From contig JAJRSW010000002.1 in the NCBI GenBank assembly GCA_024278595.1, positions 11,945-75,944 on the forward strand: DNA of 64,000 bases, read 5' to 3'. This document shows positions 49,945-58,102 of this stretch, piece by piece. Under the pieces are notes generated by a model that saw only the letters and a program-made list of their open reading frames with translations, ran no database searches and was not told the DNA's origin. Numbering within the stretch: the first letter of the stretch is position 1; every line of letters begins with the position of its first letter. The position numbers were made by a program, and so were the translations under genes. This DNA is from Fidelibacterota bacterium (lineage in GTDB: Bacteria > Fidelibacterota > UBA8477 > JABMPR01).

Positions 49945-52900
49945 ATGCGTTTGCGTCTGGTATTATTAACCCTGTTTGTTTTTGCCAGTATTGGCTGGTC
50001 CCAAACTGATAATGAAGAATTTCGATCCACCTGGGTCATCACTTGGGAACACATCAGCGGATCCAGTACGGTGGAACAGAATCAAGCTCGGATCCGGGCT
50101 ATCATGGATAACCACGTCGACGCGAATATGAATGCTGTCCTGTGGCAGGTCCGGCAAAGTGGTACCGCTTATTACAATTCATCCTATGAACCCTGGGGTT
50201 ACTATGCCGGGGGTAGCAATCCTGGTTATGATCCACTGGCATACGCCATCGAACAGGCCCATGCCCGTGGGCTGGAGCTGCACGCCTGGTTCAACACCTT
50301 TCAAGCAGCCTCCACCGTTCCCGGTACACCAGCCGCTGAACATCCCGAATGGGTCTGTCGCGACCAGAGCAATATCCCTATGGACTCCTACCGGGCACTT
50401 TCTCCCGGTCTGGCAGACGTACGTGAATATCTGGTCGACGTCGCCATGGAAGTGGTCAATAACTATGATATTGATGGCTTGCATCTGGACTATGTGCGCT
50501 GGAACGAATATTCCAATAGTGGATTCAACCGGATCACTCCTGATCCAGTCAAAGAGATTAGTGCGCTGGATCAGCTACCAGATGAGACTATGATCGAGGC
50601 CTTGCTTGACCCTCAGTCAGGACGATATCTTTATGACGTTGAGCATACCTACAACAGCGGCGTCCCGGCCGGATACCCAAATTGGGAGGAATTCTGGCGT
50701 TCATCAGTGACGACCTTCGTTGAGACTTTACACGATTCCATCCAAAGCCAAAACCATGGGTCAGACTCTCAGTGGCAGCCCTGGGTAAATACAATTGGAG
50801 CGGTTGGAATGGTTATAATGTTGTTTATCAAGATGCCGCCCTCTGGTTTAACCAGGGCTATATCGAGCAATTGTCCCCCATGCACTACCACTGGACAACA
50901 TCTTCAGGATTTTATGATATGCTGGTGGGGGGCAGTCCGTATTGCTGGGCTGACTATATCCAACCGGGAATTAGTGCTGGCAGGCTTTATTCAGTGGGAC
51001 CTGGTTCCTATATATTGGCCAGCAACAATGTCTGGTCGCGTCACCCTGCCATTGTCAACGCCAGCCGGTCAGTACCCTGGGTTGACGGTTTCCAATTCTT
51101 CTCTTACGGGACCTGGCAGGACTATCAGTATTGGCCCATTGCCGGTAGTTCCTTTTTTAGTGAGAAGACCAAGATCCGTGATATGGGTCTTTACGTAAGT
51201 GATGCACCACCCTCACCATCGCTCTCCATCACAACCGTAGATCCTCTGACATTTGATATTACTGTCACACCGGCTCCGGGAGTCGGTATTGATCAATGGT
51301 GGGCCCTCTATCGTTCAGCAGCCGATGACATTGATGTGGATGATAGTGAGATCATCGGCATCTATTTCGGAAACGAGACCTTTACGGTCACCCAGGCATT
51401 TGATGGGACTCAGGATCACAACGGGAGCTATTTCTATTCAGCAACCATGCTGGATCGGTACTGGAACGAATCACTTCTGCCAGGCAGTGTGGAATCAGGT
51501 ATCCTTGAGTCATTTCCACCTGTCATTGTAAATACTTATCCCGTAGATGGTGATACCATCGATGTGAGTGCCCTGATGAGTGTCCGCTTCTCAAAGACCA
51601 TGAATACAGAATCAGTTGAATCAGCCATCAGTATGGTACCTGATGTAGGCCTAGATGCATTTACCTGGTTAGAAGATGGACAACGTCTGATTATTTATCC
51701 CTTGAATGATTTCGAGTTTGAATCGAGTTACACCTTGACCATCAGTGATGCTGCCCTGGATATCAATGGTGTGGCCTTTGATGGAAACGCCGATGGCGTG
51801 GCTGGCGGGGATTATATTATTAATTTTCATACGCTGGCAGTGGATGAAGCGGGTCCCCAACTACTTTACAGTACCCCGGAAATCGCCACAGGGGCCGAAG
51901 AATTTAATGTTGAAGCTGTCGTATCATTTGTGTTTGATGAGATGCTGGATCCAGCATCAGTAACAACTGAGGCCATCAGTTTTGATCAAGCAGGTGCGGA
52001 GCAGGAATTTGAATATCTGTTAACTGGTCGTTATAATAAAAGTGTTCTGGATATTAAAATGTACGAACCGCTGGCATCCCTAACCGATTATTCGATTACA
52101 CTGGCATCCAGTATTACTGACTTACTGGGAAATCCGCTGGATGAAGATATCTCGGTATCCTTTACTACCTTTAATGAGCATTACACTGAAATTGATGTTA
52201 TCGATAATTTCACCTATGCGAATGAATGGTGGGATCCGGAAGGCAGTGGATCCACTACCGGAACCATCGGATCAACCACATATTTTGCTTATGCAAGTTC
52301 CATTTATCTGCCTGGATCGAGCATCAATGCATCCGGGAAGAAGTCGGCTTATATCAACTATGAGTGGGACACCAGTGCTGGTTCACATTTGCTCAGGGAG
52401 TACATCCCCAATACTTCCACCCAGGCCAGTGTCCACTTTGACAACTCCTATATTCTGCAGTGTTATGTGTATGGAGATGGCAGCAATAATCAATTCCGAT
52501 TTGCCATCGATGAAGCAGTGGGTGAAACCTGGAACACAACTGAGGTTTCGACCTGGTACACCCTTGATTGGGAAGGTTGGAGATTGCTGGAATGGGATCT
52601 CAGTGATCCCACTATGGTAGGCGGTTGGATCGGTAATGGTGTGATGGACGGTACCAGCTATCGCATGGATAGTTTTCAACTGACCTATGATACCGAATAT
52701 GGAGAGGCTACTGGAAGGATTTTTGTGGATAATTTGCAGGTGATCAAACGGATGCCTGGGGTAGCTATTGATGAGGATCTAGATCATTTGTTGCCAACTG
52801 AAGTGACCCTTAACCAAAATTATCCCAATCCTTTTAATCCTGAGACCACCCTTAGTTTTGAACTGCCCTATGCGATGGATGTTCGACTAGCTGTTTATGA

Positions 52901-53060
52901 TCTGCGTGGACGCCAGGTCCAGGAATTAATTACTGGCCAGCAGAATGCTGGCACCCACAAACTGCCTTTCAAGGCTGCCGATCTGGCGGCTGGTGTCTAT
53001 CTGATTCGTCTGGAGACTGAAATGGGTAGTCAGGTCAAAAGGATGCTGCTACTGAAATAA
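49945..53060 (+). pseudogene. GHL10-family (YngK-like glycoside-hydrolase-like) protein with Ig-like modules and a canonical T9SS CTD, interrupted by a single -1 frame break near 50749-50753
   Basis: Frame 1 reads ...ETLHDSIQSQ and then loses protein-like sequence. Frame 0 reads KPWVRLSVAALGKYNWSGWNGYN... from 50751, continuing the same domain. The break is at an A4 run (AGCCAAAACC). The C-terminus is LNQNYPNPFNPETTLSFELP...MLLLK. Confidence 0.75.
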
Positions 53061-53071
53061 TGGAATAATTC

Positions 53072-53099
53072 GTAGGGACGTTGCATGCAACGTCCCTAC
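53072..53099. terminator. Perfect 28-nt GC-rich palindrome between convergent genes (bidirectional terminator hairpin)
   Basis: GTAGGGACGTTGCATGCAACGTCCCTAC. It lies 12 nt after the + gene stop and 17 nt after the - gene stop. Confidence 0.7.
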
Positions 53100-53115
53100 A
53101 AATGGTCATGATCAT

Positions 53116-54630
53116 TTAAAAATAAAAAAAATAGGTGAGAATAAAGATCCCGCCACCGGATAGTGTTCCGGCAACATTAACCCAGTCATTATCAAACCAG
53201 CCGATCCCCGAAACATGTTCGGTTTCCTGACCACAGTGGGTCAGCCTTTCGGTTGGTTTATCGCATTTAGGGCAGACAAACTTGGCTTGGATACTGGCAC
53301 CTAGAATACTATCCACAATACTACCCATAAAAGCGGCCAGGACGATCATCAGGATCAATTCCATATTCAGTTCAAGCGAAACGGTAAAATAGGCAATGGC
53401 TGCGATTGCAGCTGCTCCCAGTAGGCCACCCAGGGTCCCAGGAAGTGAGATCCCACCGGAATAACCTTTCGGAACCTTATTCCATTTAAGAATGTTCCGT
53501 GGGAGCACTTTACTGAAGCTACCGATCTCAGTTTCCCAGGTATCTGCGGTGGCTGCCGCCAGGGCGGCCAGAAAGGCCCAGTAGAGCCAATCGAAGGAAA
53601 AGTCGGACAGGTACCAGGCGATACTAAAGATCAGCGGAATACCGCCATTTGCGTAGACCTGCACAATATCGCGACGGGAGCCTTTGTTTGAGATGATATC
53701 CGGTTTGTTCTGGCGATCGGCAATTTTCGAGAGGATACTGGATAGCACAAAGAAACCGATGAGGGGTAACATGGTTGACCAGCCACCCATCCCGAACATG
53801 AAAACCCCTAGCAGAAATGCGCCAAACCCGCCACTGAGGCTCAGTGAGTGCAATTTATAGGCACCATATCCCAGCAAAATGGAAAAGGCAAACCACCCAC
53901 CCAGTATGAGGAGTGTATGGTTGTTCATGCTATGCAGATATAGGTCCATGCCTAATCCCGCTGCCAGGGTCAAAGTCAGATTATCACTGCCCCGTTTGGA
54001 AACGGCTTCTGCTACCCCTGCTATAAATCCAGTGAAAACCGCCAGGGCTGCCAGGTGGGCTAAAGACAGTGGTTGCAGACCGGCCAGCCCAGCATAAATA
54101 GGGTAGGCAGACATAACGACAATAACTGTTGTAATAAAAAAAGCGATACTGCCTGGCCAGCTCTTCTGGTCGTGCCAGAGGATGAATTTCTGTTTTGAAT
54201 CAACCTTTTCACCGATCACGGTGGCGGCTGTATCAGAAAAGGCCAGGATCAGCATGGACATGACAAAAATAACAATGTTGCGGTCCCAGAACATGATCAC
54301 CAGTAGCGTGAAGGCGATGGGGAAATAGACGGTTCCGAAAGAGATCCGCTCGGTGGTGTGCATCCCTTTCAGGTTGTCTTTTTTCAAAGCGACATAGTTT
54401 AAGACGGTAAACAGAAGCCCCAAAATGATCACAGGCAGTTTGGTTTCCAGAAAGAAGGGCGCCAATGAGACCAATATACCAACCATGACATGCACGAATT
54501 TGCGGGAAAGCTCCGGGGAGAGTTTAAAAACTTTCCGGGCGACTTCCGTCATGGCTATAAAGATCATTATTATGGTGAAGAAAACTAGAAAAGCTATCCA
54601 TTCATTGGGGAGATCTAGGAAGATGGGCAC
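53116..54630 (-). CDS. Polytopic membrane fusion protein: dolichol/phytol-kinase-like (cytidylyltransferase-family) N-terminal half + DUF92 (TIGR00297/VTE6-like) C-terminal half
   Basis: 504 aa, mostly hydrophobic. N-terminal half has SRKFVHVMVG. C-terminal half has GGISLPGTLGG, SIVDSILGASIQ and a CPKC..HCG zinc-ribbon-like insertion, all typical of DUF92. Confidence 0.6.
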   Translation of the reverse strand: MPIFLDLPNEWIAFLVFFTIIMIFIAMTEVARKVFKLSPELSRKFVHVMVGILVSLAPFFLETKLPVIILGLLFTVLNYVALKKDNLKGMHTTERISFGTVYFPIAFTLLVIMFWDRNIVIFVMSMLILAFSDTAATVIGEKVDSKQKFILWHDQKSWPGSIAFFITTVIVVMSAYPIYAGLAGLQPLSLAHLAALAVFTGFIAGVAEAVSKRGSDNLTLTLAAGLGMDLYLHSMNNHTLLILGGWFAFSILLGYGAYKLHSLSLSGGFGAFLLGVFMFGMGGWSTMLPLIGFFVLSSILSKIADRQNKPDIISNKGSRRDIVQVYANGGIPLIFSIAWYLSDFSFDWLYWAFLAALAAATADTWETEIGSFSKVLPRNILKWNKVPKGYSGGISLPGTLGGLLGAAAIAAIAYFTVSLELNMELILMIVLAAFMGSIVDSILGASIQAKFVCPKCDKPTERLTHCGQETEHVSGIGWFDNDWVNVAGTLSGGGIFILTYFFYF

Positions 54631-54931
54631 GGTGCGATCCTTTCTTTGAACTTGAGTTGCCTTTAGTCTAATGTATTGATGGGATTATGCACAAAGGTTT
54701 CTGACTCTCACCTGTAAATTTCTAAGTTATTAAATGGTGATAATGCCATCTGTATTTACAGTACGTTTATTAAATGGATGAAAAACGGGATTAAAAATTG
54801 TACTGATGTACCCACGACTGAAAGTCGTGGGCTTCTTAATTGAATATACCGGATGCATCTATGGCAGCCCCGAATTCATTCATGGGTGAGGATTGCCTCA
54901 CAAGCACGAATTAGGAGCTCGGCCACAATAG

Positions 54932-54957
54932 AAAAAGCCTCCCGCAGGAGGCTTTTT
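54932..54957 (-). terminator. Rho-independent terminator of the FG-GAP gene (symmetrical A5/T5 flanks)
   Basis: AAAAA-GCCTCC-CGCA-GGAGGC-TTTTT. Confidence 0.85.
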
Positions 54958-54980
54958 CATATCTAAATGGCTCTATTGGA

Positions 54981-57824
54981 TTATTTAATAAGAGTCATCT
55001 TGGCTGTTTTGGAAACGTTTCCAACACGGAGCTCGTAGACATAGACACCGGCTGCTGCAGGTGTTCCATTAGCCTTTAAACTGTTCCAGGTAATACTGTG
55101 ACTACCAGGACCGTAGGAAGCATCATTGGCCAAACGAACAACTTCTTGTCCAAGCATATTGTATACGATCACATTAACATTGTCTTTCGCCAATGGCAGT
55201 GTGAATTCGATAGTAGTGCTGGGGTTGAAGGGGTTCGGATAGTTCTGGGCCAGTTTATAATCATCGGGAGTGATGATGGTCCAGTCCTGATCGATTCCAA
55301 CGACACCAAACTCAGATACTGAGAATGTATAACCATAGTCGTTACCGGAAGAGAGTGGTGGTTCAAGGAAGCCCTGAATAACTTCAGGTCCACCGTCACC
55401 ATCAAGGTCTTCAGCGTAGGCCAGAGCGAAACCACCCATGACTGCATCCCAGTTAGCTACGACGGACATATCCCAATCGCTGCCATTGTAATCCCACTGG
55501 TAAACACGAGCGTGAGTGTAATCAACAGTGAATAGCTCAGCTTCAGGATCAGCATCGACGTTGCCACCAACCAGATCCCATGGAGCACCGAAATCACTGA
55601 TCATGGTTACGCTGCCATTGGCCCAACTGATATCGGCTACATCATCGCCGCCTTTAACCTGCATGATCCAACCTGATGAGTACAGACCACAATAGAACTC
55701 GTCAGCTCCATCAGCATCAATATCGGTAACAAAGGTCGTCCCATAAATGGCTTTATCAGTGAAGGCAGAATCCAGTTGGATGATGGACTGAAGTTCATAT
55801 TCGTCAACACCCAGAGCTTCTACCACCAGCAGAGTTGCATGATCCCAGGCGACGAAAAGTGCTTCCATATCGCCATCTCCGTCAAGATCACCCAGATTGG
55901 GCTGACCCCAGGGTGACCCACCAAAATCGGCAGTGACCGTTCGGACATTGGAATACTCGACGTTAAAGTCAAAGAAACCGCCAGAGAATGTGCCCTGGAT
56001 GGATCCAATGACAAACACATCGGAACTATTGTCTGATCCATTAACAGCTATGAGCAATTCATCCTGACCATCACCATCAACATCACCGGTATTCATTGTA
56101 CGGTCACCATAATAGCGATCGACTTCGACACCGTCGATAAGAATCGGGAAGACGTAACGGGTGTAATTATCGCTACCGTCAACACCGTCCCATTCCCATA
56201 CATTAACACCGTTGTAGGCTTCACCGGCAGTGCGCATACCCAGATAGATAATCTCACCACGGCCATTATTGTCAAGGTCGCCAGTGATTACGTGGCGGGG
56301 AGTTGCCCAATAGCTGGTGGAATCATCAACCATGGTAGCAACCCATTCCAGGGTATTGTCACCGGTTGCTTCGTAAACATGCACACCGTGGATTTGATAA
56401 TCAGTAATGATGATTTCATAGAGACCGTCATTATCAAGATCACTTCCAGCGGCAATCCCACGAGTTTGGAAACCAGGGGAGAGCAGTGTGTCAGCCATAC
56501 TTGCATATGAACTGGTTACACCGGCCACATCCCAACCATCATGCTCATAGACCTGAACAGTGGCAGTGGATCTGGTTACAGCAAAGATCTCATCCAGACC
56601 ATCATAATCGAAATCACCCAGTACAACATCCTGCCACTCATCGGTGGATGTCTCATTAGGGATCATATAGGGAGTCCATGAGGCTGCATCAGTGACAGCA
56701 CCAACACCATCATACTCCAGGTCGATCATGACTGTGGAATCAGTAGTGATGATAAAATCAGCACCATCTGCAGAGCCATGCCAGATGTCCGTATTACCCA
56801 ATTGAGCTCCACGGAAAGAAAATTCTTCCAGTCCAACATAGATCTCATAGACATCGGTGGTGCCGTCAAAATCGGCCAGGTCTGCACCGATGTCGTACAC
56901 TACAACGTTACCTTCCGTAGAGGCGAGGTAGATCTCTGTATAACCATCACCGTTAAGGTCAGCGGAAGCGATACCACGTTTAGAACCGCCATCATAGGTA
57001 GTTACACCTTCGACAAATTGAATTAATTCATATTCATTGACACCCACGACATCAAAAAATGAAATCTCATCGAAATTCCACTGTACCATGGCAAAATTGT
57101 TGGTACCATTGGCATCAAAATCGCCAATGACAGCTCCACCATAGACTGAACAGCAAAAGCTTTCATCTGAAAATTCCAAAACCCAGTTTGGAAATTCATA
57201 GGTCGAGTTGGTATCCAACGACATGACGATGACGGCAGTTGCCCGACCATCATAGATCAACAGCTCTGTGACGCCATCCGCATCCAGGTCATTAGCTACA
57301 ATAGTTTTAACCGAAGTAGCATAGACACCATCACCATTGGCAATGTCGGCAACTTCAGCTGGGTTGACAGCAGCAACCTGGGTAAAGGCGATCTCAGTGG
57401 CACTGGTATCCAACTCAAAAATGAAGAGTGAGTTTGGATAGTCACCGCCTGAGCCGGCTTCACCAGTAACCAGCATTTCTGGAATACCGTCACGATCCAG
57501 ATCAGTCATCTCATTGGCAACTTCGTAACTGTACACGATATCTGAAATGGTATGGGTCCAGACTTCCGTCCAGGCATCGTTGCCGTCATTCTCAAACATG
57601 TGCAGAGTGATGCCTCCATCGTCTGTAAAAGCGACGATCTCATCAAATCCATCGGCATCGTAATCAAAGGGTCCGGAAACCCCCCAGTAAACGTCGCCAT
57701 CGGTGGCACTGGTCTCAGACCAGCCGAGTGTGTAGCTATTCACACCATTTCCACCAGCCATGGCAAAAACTGCAAATGCAAATAACAACAGGGTAATTGA
57801 CCATTTTGGTAAATTCATTCCCAT
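54981..57824 (-). CDS. FG-GAP/VCBS-repeat protein with a canonical T9SS C-terminal domain (947 aa)
   Basis: Many calcium-loop repeats (DYDADGFDEI, DLDRDGIPEM, DLDADGVTELL, GDFDYDGLDEI, GDLDNNGRGEI, GDVDGDGQDELL, GDLDGDGDMEAL). C-terminus LAQNYPNPFNPSTTIEFTLP...KMTLIK. Confidence 0.85.
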   Translation of the reverse strand: MGMNLPKWSITLLLFAFAVFAMAGGNGVNSYTLGWSETSATDGDVYWGVSGPFDYDADGFDEIVAFTDDGGITLHMFENDGNDAWTEVWTHTISDIVYSYEVANEMTDLDRDGIPEMLVTGEAGSGGDYPNSLFIFELDTSATEIAFTQVAAVNPAEVADIANGDGVYATSVKTIVANDLDADGVTELLIYDGRATAVIVMSLDTNSTYEFPNWVLEFSDESFCCSVYGGAVIGDFDANGTNNFAMVQWNFDEISFFDVVGVNEYELIQFVEGVTTYDGGSKRGIASADLNGDGYTEIYLASTEGNVVVYDIGADLADFDGTTDVYEIYVGLEEFSFRGAQLGNTDIWHGSADGADFIITTDSTVMIDLEYDGVGAVTDAASWTPYMIPNETSTDEWQDVVLGDFDYDGLDEIFAVTRSTATVQVYEHDGWDVAGVTSSYASMADTLLSPGFQTRGIAAGSDLDNDGLYEIIITDYQIHGVHVYEATGDNTLEWVATMVDDSTSYWATPRHVITGDLDNNGRGEIIYLGMRTAGEAYNGVNVWEWDGVDGSDNYTRYVFPILIDGVEVDRYYGDRTMNTGDVDGDGQDELLIAVNGSDNSSDVFVIGSIQGTFSGGFFDFNVEYSNVRTVTADFGGSPWGQPNLGDLDGDGDMEALFVAWDHATLLVVEALGVDEYELQSIIQLDSAFTDKAIYGTTFVTDIDADGADEFYCGLYSSGWIMQVKGGDDVADISWANGSVTMISDFGAPWDLVGGNVDADPEAELFTVDYTHARVYQWDYNGSDWDMSVVANWDAVMGGFALAYAEDLDGDGGPEVIQGFLEPPLSSGNDYGYTFSVSEFGVVGIDQDWTIITPDDYKLAQNYPNPFNPSTTIEFTLPLAKDNVNVIVYNMLGQEVVRLANDASYGPGSHSITWNSLKANGTPAAAGVYVYELRVGNVSKTAKMTLIK

Positions 57825-57985
57825 TTTGTCCTCCTTAGTTAATTGACTCTACTAAATACTATTAAAACATGGTACACAACAGATAAACCAATGTGGTCGA
57901 TCCGATAGTTGCATCAAACATTTTAAAGTGCCCGAAATCTATTGGTTGACCCAAAGGATGACAAGGGAAAAGGGTGAAAATTAGC

Positions 57986-58015
57986 AGTTAGTTAATATTA
58001 GTTTCATAACTAACT
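57986..58015. promoter_or_regulatory. Candidate operator: 9-bp perfect inverted repeat AGTTAGTTA-N12-TAACTAACT
   Basis: Read directly. It ends 8 nt upstream of the -35 box of the receptor C promoter. Related half-sites lie at 34096-34120 and 48122-48142. Confidence 0.35.
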
Positions 58016-58023
58016 CAGGGAGG

Positions 58024-58052
58024 TTGACTTGCCCAGGGCATTCGGCTATACT
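58024..58052 (+). promoter_or_regulatory. Sigma-70-type promoter of receptor C (TTGACT-N17-TATACT)
   Basis: TTGACT tgcccagggcattcggc TATACT. It ends 50 nt upstream of the ATG at 58103. Confidence 0.6.
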
Positions 58053-58102
58053 AATCGAATAGTTTTCTTTTCTTTAGTAATGGATAAAACCAGGGAGAGT
58101 GT

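Noticed and set aside
50745-50756. Programmed -1 ribosomal frameshifting in the GHL10 gene.
   Set aside because: The site (C CAA AAC) is not an X XXY YYZ slippery heptamer, and I saw no obvious downstream pseudoknot or hairpin. A 1-nt indel in the A-run, whether a mutation or a sequencing error, is the simpler explanation.
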